From a virus (taxonomy: Duplodnaviria; Caudoviricetes), in IMG/VR virus record IMGVR_UViG_3300037067_013225, positions 128,001 to 192,000 of that record: 64,000 bases of DNA; one strand, written 5' to 3'. Both the position numbers and the translations under genes were made by a program. Positions within the stretch are counted from its first letter, which is position 1. The number at the start of each line of letters is the position of its first letter. Below are positions 30,001 through 38,947 of this stretch, piece by piece. Below the pieces are notes generated by a model, which was given only the letters and a program-made list of their open reading frames with translations, did no database searches and was not told the DNA's origin.

Positions 30001-30296
30001 TTATGATACCCTGAGAGATTCTCTGCAAGTAATACTACGTGAGAATATTCTTTGGATTTTTGTTCTTTTTGCTGATTTAATGCTATGTCGGAGAAATAGA
30101 ATTCCGCTCCGAATATGGGTTTGATGTTATGTTTCGATGCCGATTTGTATAATTCTGCAAACGGTGACACAGTTCCATGTTCAGTTAAGGCTACCGCTGG
30201 CATATTTAGTGCGGCGGCTTTGGCGCAAATAGCATCTACACTGCCGAGAGCATCGTTCAAGCTATGTGTAGAATGATGGTGCAACGATATATACAT
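26976..30296 (-). CDS. dnaE: DNA polymerase III alpha subunit (family C)
   Basis: PHP domain (LHHHSTHS, ALTEHG, TNDVH), RGSSASSLV, DIDCD, HASG, KFDFLGL, YQEQ, YAFNMGHA; clamp-motif-like QLNLW. Confidence 0.93.
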   Translation of the reverse strand: MYISLHHHSTHSLNDALGSVDAICAKAAALNMPAVALTEHGTVSPFAELYKSASKHNIKPIFGAEFYFSDIALNQQKEQKSKEYSHVVLLAENLSGYHNLVKLSSIANTEGFYYRPRISWNEIEQHNEGIISLSACVGGLICKLLKDDRALEAEERLQRWNDIFKDRFYLEVQKHPSVDIQEPLNAQIIALAGKYSLPVVATNDVHFVEPSHLDTHKILLSKKQSKKLGDKNFVYVYDESFYFKSEQEMLDQFDDKYVHQSGEIADRIEIFNPSVEDYNLPQFKLNDTVLDEETASTILAAKCALALEKKSLNIPQYNERLKEELKIIADFGFSNYLLIVADELDWCRNNHIATGPSRGSSASSLVNYLCGITAFDPVHYNLDFARFLNEGRIKIENGKRTYTSMIDIDCDISRTGRDRFLEHLSETYGHVYHLGTHLRYTVKTAVKAVGTALGVSATTMNEFTELLTESEPGTRNLVSLDWNIKQKQVADFITRNNLQKVVQLAKPLEGGYSARGIHASGIVMSRTNIDHIVPVRRGDEDAFPVIEFDMESVEKFTKQIKFDFLGLRNVTVIEEAEHFIKQRHAEQIIPEYSDFSDTSVLAAEHGLDNIFQLSSALAQKYYRATNPKNELELADVISIIRPGVSMSGWADQYVKGGFKHKISALNQLLKSSRGIMVYQEQIMEIAKKIAGFTPAKADDLRSACGKKIPEKMALLLDDFEQGAIKNGYTHNQIEYIVKQIKDAALYAFNMGHAMSYAALAYKTLWLKHYFPTEFYCAVLNSYIGKSEEIKGVVNNIRQGGYRLLLPNINTSGQSYTVEYDPDPAIRIGLGGIKGVGPAALKILLELRPFSSVDDFITRVPKRQCNKRVVEALINAGAFDTLCGRDDALSLLTGTTIVTTQDDQAYAEYDVLGDFFTYNPYMAHACFKQLSYIKPSDVLNNIAPHISVIGFVEDFSIEATKKNKSPYVNIIITDGLQNLKAIGFSKVVEEKIDILTRAKKERLPITISGQLSTECGEDGDIYLPSCRVKIQDPSQLNLWEPQGSTLMIRVADEFVEPLLEDLPTGDCDIVIYSVVGRTRREVKTTGYIDEPTLHWLREVYGARIKYV

Positions 30297-30901
30297 TAAA
30301 AATCGATCTCCTGGAATTCTTTTAAGTCAAAGTTTAGAGCGTTGGCGGCGATATCAGTGAAGTTTATGCTTGGATTAACTTCCGCTGCATAATAAGCAGC
30401 ATCAGCAGCAAGAATAGTAGCGTTAGCAGCATAAGCAGCATCAGAAATATCAACAGCACAAGCAGCAGCATTAGCGGCGGCATCAGCAACAGCAACGTGA
30501 GTAGCACGAGTAGCATGATCGGCCCAAAACTTCCCTGATACAATTTGAGCAGTTTTGGAGCTTCGATCCGTTCCATTGATCCAGGCATTCGCCCACGACA
30601 CGAACACAGGATCATCACACACGGCTAGCGCGCATTGAATCGCAAACCACTGACGCTGAACAAGAGTGAATTCCGGCACATAGGTCTCTCGCAAAAGTGT
30701 GAATTCGCCATCAGAGCGCATAGGATCGTTCATCTCTCCCGATGCTTCAAAAATCCTAGGGTGGTCGAACGTCTCGTATATGGGGTTTATAAGTACGGCT
30801 AGTTCCGGGCTGGCGTAAGCAAAACCGGAACGTTTTATGCCGATTTCCCACAAACCATCACTGTACATATCTTCATTTATAATCACGTACATGTTCATCA
30901 A
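30296..30901 (-). CDS. paralog family member 3 (Ala-rich), IDF-tagged
   Basis: full-length paralog of 24973; ends EFQEIDF. Confidence 0.75.
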   Translation of the reverse strand: MMNMYVIINEDMYSDGLWEIGIKRSGFAYASPELAVLINPIYETFDHPRIFEASGEMNDPMRSDGEFTLLRETYVPEFTLVQRQWFAIQCALAVCDDPVFVSWANAWINGTDRSSKTAQIVSGKFWADHATRATHVAVADAAANAAACAVDISDAAYAANATILAADAAYYAAEVNPSINFTDIAANALNFDLKEFQEIDF

Positions 30902-31224
30902 AAATCAATCTCCACGAATTGAATATCTAATGGTGAACTTATACTATTAAGCAGACTGAAGAATTGATCTACATTGATAATGGGAATTTGCCTTCCTTGA
31001 CGATGATTCCACTCGTCGAGCAATTCTTTTTTGGTGCTGTTTTTACAACCTCCCAAAACCAAATAGTCAACATTATAATAATCATACATTCTGTGTATTG
31101 TGGCTTTATGGCGGAAATATTCAGATCCCATTTCTTTATTCTTATCTTTTATGGCATCAATGAGTGTCTGACGCGAATAAATCGTTCTACCGGTAAAGAC
31201 AAACCTCATCAACATTCGTCCCAT
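30898..31224 (-). CDS. stand-alone BRCT-like domain protein, IDF-tagged
   Basis: FVFTG..R..L..VDYLVLG..STK..IPIINVDQF follows the ligase/RFC BRCT pattern; ends FVEIDF. Confidence 0.6.
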   Translation of the reverse strand: MGRMLMRFVFTGRTIYSRQTLIDAIKDKNKEMGSEYFRHKATIHRMYDYYNVDYLVLGGCKNSTKKELLDEWNHRQGRQIPIINVDQFFSLLNSISSPLDIQFVEIDF

Positions 31225-32858
31225 TGCCCATTCGGGTGGATTTTGTATGTTTTGTAAACAGCTTCAGGAAACTGGTCGAAATAGGTTGTGGTCATATAAT
31301 CCTTCATATAAACGACTATGATTTTGGTATTTTTCACATCCAAATTTGTCCAAAACGATCCGTTAAAACATCCATCCGTAAATACATACGCGATACGGCC
31401 ATAGTCGCGATTATAATTGCCCTGATTTGTTAGATGTTCCATCCAACAATCATTTGTTCCACCGGATGTTTGAAATTTGTTATTCGCGATATCGGATTCG
31501 CTGCATTTATAAACGAATGTCGAAAAAGCATATACTTCATCGAAATAATCGATATTATATCGGATAGAATCAAAAAATATCTTATGATATGCATCAGTAG
31601 AGCCGGATACATCAAAATAAGCTGTTACGTAAAGATTCATATCCGGTAATGGACATTTAAAAAATGGTTGATGTACACGCATGGCACCATAAAGAGCTAG
31701 TTTACGATCTTTATGATGGGGGAATACGCGCCTGGTGGAACGATCTCCTCTGATTTTTAGAAAATCCTTTTCTAGTGTTTGCTTTAACCCAACCGGTGTT
31801 GAAACAATTGGAATATCTTGTGTTGGATCGTGATGATATTCGGAGAAAAATTCATCAACTATCTCCTCATACAAAGTCGTGGCTGTTGGATCGCAACCTT
31901 GAGATCCCTTTTTAGCTTTTCTGGTTCCAGGTTTTTGTCCCGACTCAGAAAGTTCCTTCAACGCTTCTGCAATGGCGGATTGTATTTCCGGATCGATAAT
32001 TACATCTGAACCAGATTTGCCGTTTCCACCTTCGCCATCTTGATTGCCGTCTTGCTCATCCTTACCGTTTCCGCCATCTTCACTATCCTCGTTGTTATCA
32101 CAGGGTTCGTCAGAGTCGTCCTCGCCTAGAGTAGCCTGAATTTTGCCATCCTCACCCACCTGTGGTTCACCATGACTACCTAGAAGGATTATCGTGGTAG
32201 TTCCACCTTCCGGCATCGAACCAGAAATGGCCTGTTTTAATTCATACATCGAAACAGAATCTTCGCTATAAAGAGCGTCATAAACTTGTTTCAAGTATGG
32301 ATCGGTAATCTGGCTATTCGGACGCAAAAATGCATAAGGTAATTCGTCTGCTTTGTAGAGTTTTTCAAACATGGTTTGAAATTCTGGTTGCAGGTTGTAC
32401 TTTTTGCAAATGACGCTATTTACTACCGCATCATATATGATGTTATCCAACATTAGTTCTTGAGAAGATTTCTTTTCGGGTTTGTTCAAGATATTCATGT
32501 GGCCTAATGCGCTATGCATGACCTCATGAATAATTAATGTTGTGAATTCGTAAGCATTGATCTTGTTTTCTACCAGGAATTCTTCGAACACTTCCATGGT
32601 AAGATTTCCGGGTTTGGCAATGATTCTAGCCGTTTTGCCATATATAAGATTGCTTAGATATTTGTTTTCCGGAGAATCGATGGGAATCATTCTGATATTG
32701 CAAATGCACACCAGATTATATAGTGCAAATTTGTAATCTTTGACAAGATTCAAAAATGTATCATAAAATAGATCCCATTGTCCTGCCTGATATGGTGTTA
32801 GCGGGTCCATATTATTCCTTTGATGCAAAATAATCCTTATATCCGGGGTAAACGACAA
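31209..32858 (-). CDS. HExxH metallopeptidase-like plus VWA domain protein (DUF2201-like)
   Basis: HEVMH, acidic Gly-rich linker, MIDAS DVSGS..SGGT..FTDG. Confidence 0.8.
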   Translation of the reverse strand: MSFTPDIRIILHQRNNMDPLTPYQAGQWDLFYDTFLNLVKDYKFALYNLVCICNIRMIPIDSPENKYLSNLIYGKTARIIAKPGNLTMEVFEEFLVENKINAYEFTTLIIHEVMHSALGHMNILNKPEKKSSQELMLDNIIYDAVVNSVICKKYNLQPEFQTMFEKLYKADELPYAFLRPNSQITDPYLKQVYDALYSEDSVSMYELKQAISGSMPEGGTTTIILLGSHGEPQVGEDGKIQATLGEDDSDEPCDNNEDSEDGGNGKDEQDGNQDGEGGNGKSGSDVIIDPEIQSAIAEALKELSESGQKPGTRKAKKGSQGCDPTATTLYEEIVDEFFSEYHHDPTQDIPIVSTPVGLKQTLEKDFLKIRGDRSTRRVFPHHKDRKLALYGAMRVHQPFFKCPLPDMNLYVTAYFDVSGSTDAYHKIFFDSIRYNIDYFDEVYAFSTFVYKCSESDIANNKFQTSGGTNDCWMEHLTNQGNYNRDYGRIAYVFTDGCFNGSFWTNLDVKNTKIIVVYMKDYMTTTYFDQFPEAVYKTYKIHPNGQWDEC

Positions 32859-33486
32859 CCATGAAATTTGGGTGCTTCAGTTTTGTATTTTTGTTATTGG
32901 TAAACTCTGGGACAAAGAACCCATACTCACCTTCCTTGTTAAAGTAAGTGTGGGACAGTAAGTGTCCGGTTTCTTCTGCACTCAATATATTGGGCAAAAG
33001 CTGTGCTGTTGCGAAGGTTGCATCTTCCATGGCAACGACCAGAACCAAATCGGAATTATTGAACGTTTTGATATTTTTACTGTGAGAGGGGATGAGATTG
33101 TCTCCCAAATTAATACCCCACGTTGGAACAAACGATGCATTGATCAGATGAGATGATGCACCTAGCGGATCAATATTGAACTTTACCGTACCATTCGCTT
33201 TTTGAATCCAAATTCCACATTTTTCTTTCAATTCGTCGCTATCAAAATCCTGACAATAAAAGAATTGCGGATTGGTGAAATCTTTATTGCAGATGGTGCA
33301 ACTTAGAAATGATTTTAGCTTTGTGTTGGCGATTTCGACGGCATCCAACGAGTATCCTAAAAATACTCTTTTGTCTGATGTTTCGAAGTACAGTGTGCCA
33401 TTGGGCTTATTATATGTTACTTTTGTCGGCTTGCCAGAATCGACAATTGTACTTGCGTTGTTTGAGAGTGTTTCGGCGATTAACAT
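32812..33486 (-). CDS. hypothetical protein within the AAA/VWA module
   Basis: 224 aa with CTIC; TAATG-coupled to the AAA gene. Confidence 0.55.
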   Translation of the reverse strand: MLIAETLSNNASTIVDSGKPTKVTYNKPNGTLYFETSDKRVFLGYSLDAVEIANTKLKSFLSCTICNKDFTNPQFFYCQDFDSDELKEKCGIWIQKANGTVKFNIDPLGASSHLINASFVPTWGINLGDNLIPSHSKNIKTFNNSDLVLVVAMEDATFATAQLLPNILSAEETGHLLSHTYFNKEGEYGFFVPEFTNNKNTKLKHPNFMVVVYPGYKDYFASKE

Positions 33487-35036
33487 TACGCTTCCTCTTC
33501 GTCTCTGAATTTTTTAAGAATAGTGAACACTTCTTGCTGGCTATTACTATCCAGTAGGCATGAATCAAGAATGTGATTCGATAACGATTGGTTGTAGATC
33601 TTTGCAGGTTGTCCTTCGATAATCTTATTATCGAGTAATTGCTTCGGATCAAGATTGTTCTTATTGATGTACAATCCCATAGCGAGTCTCAGGAATTTGC
33701 TCGTGTAAGGTTCGTTAGAATATGATCTGATCTGATGACCATATTTGAGAAAGATCGATGTACCGAATAACTCAATAGCTTTTCCGATAGAATTTTTGTC
33801 GAAAATACCCTTGTTGGTAATGGCGTGAAGCGCTAGAGCGATTTCTTTTGCGGATGATGTATTCTTTTTAACGCCATTTTCTCTCTCCGCAACACCGAGT
33901 GCATGCTGGTAGATTTGATTCATCAATTCCTTGTTCTGATTGATCTCGTCATCTCTTTTGGCTTGCAAAACCATTTCGATTGGATCTTCGATGGTGAAGT
34001 ATTTGGCTGTAGGTTTCGTTTGATCAATGATTCTTTCCAAACTCGCCACAACGGAAGTCTTAATTTTGTTGAAATCTACACCCTTAATCTCCGTTGCTAG
34101 TTGCGGCATGGAAAAATATACGATCCGAGATAAAAATTCCGAATCTCTTAACTCGAAGCTTCCACCGGATTTAATCTTCCGAATAATCAGGCCCAGTTTA
34201 ACATTGGTGGCGATTCTATTTGCGCGACGACCATCAATATGAAAATCTCCTCCGGAATTCAGCGATTGACACACATCTACTGTAAATCCGTCTGTGCCGA
34301 ATTCGTTATTATGATATGATTCTCTAACTTTGTTCAGAAAACCAATCAGCCTTTCGGAACGTTCCACAGGTTCAGCTTTTTTCAGTAATGGCGAATCCTG
34401 ATATCCCACATTAGATACAACGCGAGTCCTATCTTCCAAAGCCAATTCGGAGAATTTGGGGAATGGAATGAACATCGAGAATCTATCCGCTAAAGCGTTG
34501 TCTAGTGGTGATGTACCTCGCTCGGATAGTTGGTTTTGTGCCGCAAAGATATAGTCTAGCTTAAGTTCCACGCCTGCACACATTCTATCCTGGATTAGTT
34601 GCAACATTAGATTTTGTACATCATATTTGCAACGATTAACCTCGTCAATAAACAAAACACGCTTGTCCCAGACATTAATTGGTGTGTCGGCGAACTCCAA
34701 TTTAAATCCGGGACTGACATTCTCGATACCGGGAATCTGATTGATGTCTTTGCCCATCAATGAAGCAAGACCCTTCAATAGAAACAGTTCTCGGTTGAAA
34801 TTATCATCTGGAACCGGATATCCCACGATATCCTCATAATTCATTGTAGGTGCCGAAAACTGTGCCACATCGGTTGCTTTGTAACCGAGTAGCCGCGTCA
34901 GGTTCCTAATAAATAGGGTCTTTGCCGTTCCGGGTGGGGCAATCAACAATAATGGGTTGCCGTCCGCTAGAGGAATCAACAGGTAGTCCTCTAGTGCTTT
35001 TAAGCCGTAAACTCTGGTTTCGTTTAAAAATTCCAT
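33486..35036 (-). CDS. MoxR-like AAA+ ATPase
   Basis: PPGTAKT Walker A, LFIDEVNR Walker B, AAQN, PLDNALADRF, DGRR. Confidence 0.85.
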   Translation of the reverse strand: MEFLNETRVYGLKALEDYLLIPLADGNPLLLIAPPGTAKTLFIRNLTRLLGYKATDVAQFSAPTMNYEDIVGYPVPDDNFNRELFLLKGLASLMGKDINQIPGIENVSPGFKLEFADTPINVWDKRVLFIDEVNRCKYDVQNLMLQLIQDRMCAGVELKLDYIFAAQNQLSERGTSPLDNALADRFSMFIPFPKFSELALEDRTRVVSNVGYQDSPLLKKAEPVERSERLIGFLNKVRESYHNNEFGTDGFTVDVCQSLNSGGDFHIDGRRANRIATNVKLGLIIRKIKSGGSFELRDSEFLSRIVYFSMPQLATEIKGVDFNKIKTSVVASLERIIDQTKPTAKYFTIEDPIEMVLQAKRDDEINQNKELMNQIYQHALGVAERENGVKKNTSSAKEIALALHAITNKGIFDKNSIGKAIELFGTSIFLKYGHQIRSYSNEPYTSKFLRLAMGLYINKNNLDPKQLLDNKIIEGQPAKIYNQSLSNHILDSCLLDSNSQQEVFTILKKFRDEEEA

Positions 35037-35057
35037 GTTCGCTCCTTGAATGGGTCA

Positions 35058-35086
35058 AGTATAGCAGAAAAATCCGCGTTTGTCAA
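35058..35086 (-). promoter_or_regulatory. sigma70-type promoter of the AAA/VWA/dnaE block
   Basis: TTGACA-17-TATACT; AAGGAG RBS before ATG 35036. Confidence 0.8.
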
Positions 35087-35088
35087 GC

Positions 35089-35116
35089 TTGACTTTCTGG
35101 TATTTTGTGTTATAAT
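35089..35116 (+). promoter_or_regulatory. sigma70-type promoter giving leaderless mRNA
   Basis: TTGACT-16-TATAAT, ATG 5 nt downstream; back-to-back with the minus-strand promoter. Confidence 0.75.
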
Positions 35117-35121
35117 GGTTC

Positions 35122-35433
35122 ATGGATCAATTTTTTAGAGCCTTGGTGCTAGGTCTGGCGGTGCTACCGCTGACATACACGGTATTATACCATCCAACCA
35201 TCAGGATTGTCAAGGCACAGATTTTGAGCTGGTTCGATAATGACCATATGAGTTGGCGAGAATTCGTCAGAGAGGGGTTTTCCTGTTTCATGTGCCAGGG
35301 GTTGTGGATTTCAATTTTTTGTGGTATAATGATTCGCGCTTCACTCATAGTTATTCTAGCGGCATGGGGTGTGGCGTTATTAATAGATATGGTATTAAAT
35401 CCGGATGTGAGAGATAACAGTGATCAAATATGA
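35122..35433 (+). CDS. membrane protein, DUF1360-like
   Basis: TM helices with SCFMCQGLWIS. Confidence 0.55.
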   Translation: MDQFFRALVLGLAVLPLTYTVLYHPTIRIVKAQILSWFDNDHMSWREFVREGFSCFMCQGLWISIFCGIMIRASLIVILAAWGVALLIDMVLNPDVRDNSDQI

Positions 35434-36337
35434 TATCTATAAACATATTATAGATATTTTCTTTATAAATAATTATTACGCTTTACAAAAAAATGACGGT
35501 CAGTTTATTCTGGCGCGGGATAGAAATAAAAATGATTTGCAAATCACACCGGATTTAATTAAATCGGCGATTTGGGATAAAAAGATTATTCTTGGCACAT
35601 ATACGATATCTAAGAATAATGAGTGCCAATGGTTGGCATTGGATTTCGATAGAGAGGGATCTGTAGCCAAATTGAGATCGCCAGTATTCGACACATATAA
35701 AAAAGCCATCAATTACGGATTGAAACCATATTTGGAATTTTCTGGACACAAAGGTTATCATTTGTGGGTATTTTTCGACAAAATGCCATCCGAGGTGGTT
35801 TGGAAAGCGGCGCAAGTATTGGGCGACGGTATAAGTGGAGAAATATTCCCTCGTCAATCATCGCTAACAGCCATATATCCTTACGGAAATTTGGTGCGAT
35901 TACCCGGATGCTTAAATATAAAGTCTGGTGCGTCAACTCAGTGGCTCGGCTCTAATATGTTACCTATATCAGATCAGGTAGGATATTTTACCAAATTACA
36001 AAAAACATCTCGTGATAAGATAGAGCGGCTTGCTGAACAATGCGTTCTTTCTCCCGATGATAAACGACAAATCGTATTTAATCCTGCTGCCAAAATACAG
36101 ATATCCAATCCGATGTTCCGTATTACTAAGGATCGGCATCGTCATGACGCGCAATTCCCGTTAATTATGAAATGTCTTGAAGCGGGATATAATCATGAGC
36201 AAATTCTTGAAATAGGAGGCGAATGGCTGGATTGGTATTCGGGAGTATATAAGAGCGATTATAATAAAGCTATGTCTGATTTTATCAAGTCCCTCAATTA
36301 TTGCGAAAATACTTATGAGGTTAAAAGAGCCAAATAG
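35420..36337 (+). CDS. archaeo-eukaryotic primase (AEP)/primpol
   Basis: WLALDFD, EFSGHKGYHLWVFF, EIFP, GNLVRLP. Confidence 0.8.
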   Translation: MIKYDIYKHIIDIFFINNYYALQKNDGQFILARDRNKNDLQITPDLIKSAIWDKKIILGTYTISKNNECQWLALDFDREGSVAKLRSPVFDTYKKAINYGLKPYLEFSGHKGYHLWVFFDKMPSEVVWKAAQVLGDGISGEIFPRQSSLTAIYPYGNLVRLPGCLNIKSGASTQWLGSNMLPISDQVGYFTKLQKTSRDKIERLAEQCVLSPDDKRQIVFNPAAKIQISNPMFRITKDRHRHDAQFPLIMKCLEAGYNHEQILEIGGEWLDWYSGVYKSDYNKAMSDFIKSLNYCENTYEVKRAK

Positions 36338-36977
36338 AATGGATAGAATAGATCAAATTAAATGTTTGGATAATCTTGGTAGAGCCTTTGTGGTTGAACC
36401 TTCTTTTTCAGGTGCGGCATATAGGATCTTCAAAGACTGCCAAGTTAATAGTATTGGTTTATTTCCCAAAGATGGAGGAATATTTTGCGGTTTAATCGAT
36501 AAAACCACCATTACTGTTGCCGTGGAGGCATTTAATGAGGCAGTACGAGATGGCACATTGGGTGATGAATATATCTGGTCAAGACTTTCTCATTATGCGA
36601 AATTTCTCAATGAAGTAGCGTATTTTTATAATCAGGGACTTTATAATTATTTTTTGGGATCCAAATATCCTACCATGATTGTCGCTCATGTTTGGGGTAC
36701 CGGTGTGGTGGATGGCGGTTTTATGGCAGAAAATGTTCCATTATATAGATGTGATTTTGCGAAAATTGACGCATCTCCGCAAAGTAAATTGGCATGGGTA
36801 TTGTTTAGCGAATTATTCTTTTGGTGCGATTTCCTCAATCACATACCATTATATAACGGTGATGGATTGCATAAATATTTAAAGCGGTTATATGCATATA
36901 AAATATTGGAGGCATGTGGTTATGACCTGACGAGCTTTATTCATAACGAATCCGAAATGCAAATGATTGATTTTTAA
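36315..36977 (+). CDS. hypothetical protein, IDF-tagged
   Basis: 220 aa ending EMQMIDF. Confidence 0.7.
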   Translation: MRLKEPNRMDRIDQIKCLDNLGRAFVVEPSFSGAAYRIFKDCQVNSIGLFPKDGGIFCGLIDKTTITVAVEAFNEAVRDGTLGDEYIWSRLSHYAKFLNEVAYFYNQGLYNYFLGSKYPTMIVAHVWGTGVVDGGFMAENVPLYRCDFAKIDASPQSKLAWVLFSELFFWCDFLNHIPLYNGDGLHKYLKRLYAYKILEACGYDLTSFIHNESEMQMIDF

Positions 36978-37186
36978 GGAGAAAAAATGACGATTGTAAT
37001 TGTGCCGGTAGATACTTTGTCTACTTTGGAAAGTACCGTATTTAACGGAGTGGAGAATTTCGACATAATCGAGAATAATGGTATCTCATATATGTTATTT
37101 ATGTTTGAGAAGGAAATGACGAAAGATCAGATATCTCAGTTTGGTCAATTTAGCATCAAAAAGGCTGTCGCCAAGGGAGTAAAATA

Positions 37187-37447
37187 ATGGAAGATCAGGA
37201 TAAGAAAAAGGGTACACCACGTTTAAAGGTTCGCAAATACAATGATATTATTTATGTGAAGATCACTAATAGGCTATTTTTGCAGGATAAAAAGGCTAAG
37301 GAGCTAAATGAGAAAGCGCCAGATTATAAAAATGGCAATTCTGCTGCGTGGTTCGCGACAGGCGATACATGGCAAGGTCTGGATGCATCTCTAGAAGTGG
37401 ATGTGGAATCGCTAATCGAATTTCTTAAGGCTGAAGGACTAGTGTAA
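37187..37447 (+). CDS. hypothetical protein
   Basis: 86 aa with NEKAPDYK; GGAG RBS. Confidence 0.5.
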   Translation: MEDQDKKKGTPRLKVRKYNDIIYVKITNRLFLQDKKAKELNEKAPDYKNGNSAAWFATGDTWQGLDASLEVDVESLIEFLKAEGLV

Positions 37448-38076
37448 TGAGTTTCGATCCTAACAGATTTTTACCGCAATATTCAGATCCGGATAAAATT
37501 GCGGATTACAAAAAACAAATTGCGGATCTAAATCGTGGGCATCATGGAATCGTTGCGGGTGATGAGGGCGAACCCATCGGGGGGTTCGCCCAGGGTGCGG
37601 ATTTTGAAGAATCGGATGATGTGGAAGAAACCCCGGTACCACAAAACAATATCGGGGCAGATTTTAGAAGCTATTTGGAGAATAACGATCTATTAACTCA
37701 ATTAAAAGAAACCGTTCCGCCAAAGGCTCTGTATCCGACGATTAAAAATGCCCTCATGAGTATTGCGGGAGTCTTAAAAAAGGATATCGGATTAATTGCC
37801 AAGGCTATAAACAAAACACAGTTGGCTAAATTGTTATCGCTTAATGTTAAGGACGAGCTAACTTGTTGGGAATATACCACACAATTCGGAACGCTTTACT
37901 TTGTTTTATCTTATACGAGTTTAAAGCGTTTTTACTTAGTTAAACCGAATGTGGTTGAGTTGGTGGGAGAGTTAAATTTATCGCAATTTTCGGACGAAGC
38001 CTTGTATTTATTCGTTGTTTCTGGTATAATTGAGTGTAAAGAACTCAAGTCAAGGCACTCAAATGGAACTGAATGA
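37447..38076 (+). CDS. hypothetical protein
   Basis: 209 aa, TAATG coupling. Confidence 0.55.
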   Translation: MSFDPNRFLPQYSDPDKIADYKKQIADLNRGHHGIVAGDEGEPIGGFAQGADFEESDDVEETPVPQNNIGADFRSYLENNDLLTQLKETVPPKALYPTIKNALMSIAGVLKKDIGLIAKAINKTQLAKLLSLNVKDELTCWEYTTQFGTLYFVLSYTSLKRFYLVKPNVVELVGELNLSQFSDEALYLFVVSGIIECKELKSRHSNGTE

Positions 38077-38947
38077 ATATGCCGAAACAGATACGGAAAC
38101 TATCCGGTTAACACACCAATTACAACAGGCGAATAAGGAATTAGAATCTCTCATTAAAGAAGAATGGATGCGCGAATTAAAACCGCCTGATAAGGATTTT
38201 TTTAGAGCCTGCACGTTAGATAGTTTGATAAAATTGCATGGATTCCCCAAGTGTATTGATCGGAGCAGTGGAAGATACTGTGGACCGAATAACAAGGTCA
38301 AGGCTCTAGAAATAATTATAGATCAAAAATATCAAAAACTACTATTCAAGTACAAAAAGATGGTTCATCATTGGGTGAAAAAATTCCCCATTCCACCCAT
38401 TGTCGGATATGAGGATATTGTTAGTGTTGGTGAGGCTGCGCTTTATAAGGGATTTAAACGATATGATCCCATGTTAAGCAAAGCAACCACTTTTGTTTCC
38501 AGAACGATATTAGGAGAGATCAAGAAATATTTCAGGGATTATTGCTGGCCGCTAAAGGTGTCTAGAAAATTAAAAGATGCCGTATCGGGTCACGACAATA
38601 GAGATCGCGATGCTAAAGAATTATCAGAAAAATATGGTATGGATGAAAATGAGATTCAGAAAGTACAAAATGTTCTCAAAGTGCATATTGCTTATGAGGA
38701 ATATCGAAACAATGAATTAGATAGCGATATCGAACCATATGACGAATTATTATTAGAGGAGATGTTGAACCGATTAAGTGAAGTGGAAGAGGAAGTCGTT
38801 AGATTGCGTTATTTAGACCATAGATCCATGATTGATATTGCGGATTTATGTCTGTTAGAATCCGCGCAAGCGAAACGTATTATGGACGGAGCTATAGAGA
38901 AACTGAAAACAATGTATGCGGAGAGCGAATATGGCAGCAAAAGATAA
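38030..38947 (+). CDS. RNA polymerase sigma factor (SigB/F/G-like); likely start 38063
   Basis: EDIVSVG..ALYKGFKRYDP..TFVSRTILGEIKKYFRD..LKVSR (region 2); LSEVEEEVVRLRY..SMIDIA (region 4). Confidence 0.85.
   Translation: MSVKNSSQGTQMELNEYAETDTETIRLTHQLQQANKELESLIKEEWMRELKPPDKDFFRACTLDSLIKLHGFPKCIDRSSGRYCGPNNKVKALEIIIDQKYQKLLFKYKKMVHHWVKKFPIPPIVGYEDIVSVGEAALYKGFKRYDPMLSKATTFVSRTILGEIKKYFRDYCWPLKVSRKLKDAVSGHDNRDRDAKELSEKYGMDENEIQKVQNVLKVHIAYEEYRNNELDSDIEPYDELLLEEMLNRLSEVEEEVVRLRYLDHRSMIDIADLCLLESAQAKRIMDGAIEKLKTMYAESEYGSKR

Noticed and set aside
24973-30901. Diversity-generating retroelement template/variable repeats
   Set aside because: No reverse transcriptase in the window, all three copies are intact ORFs, and differences are not limited to adenines.
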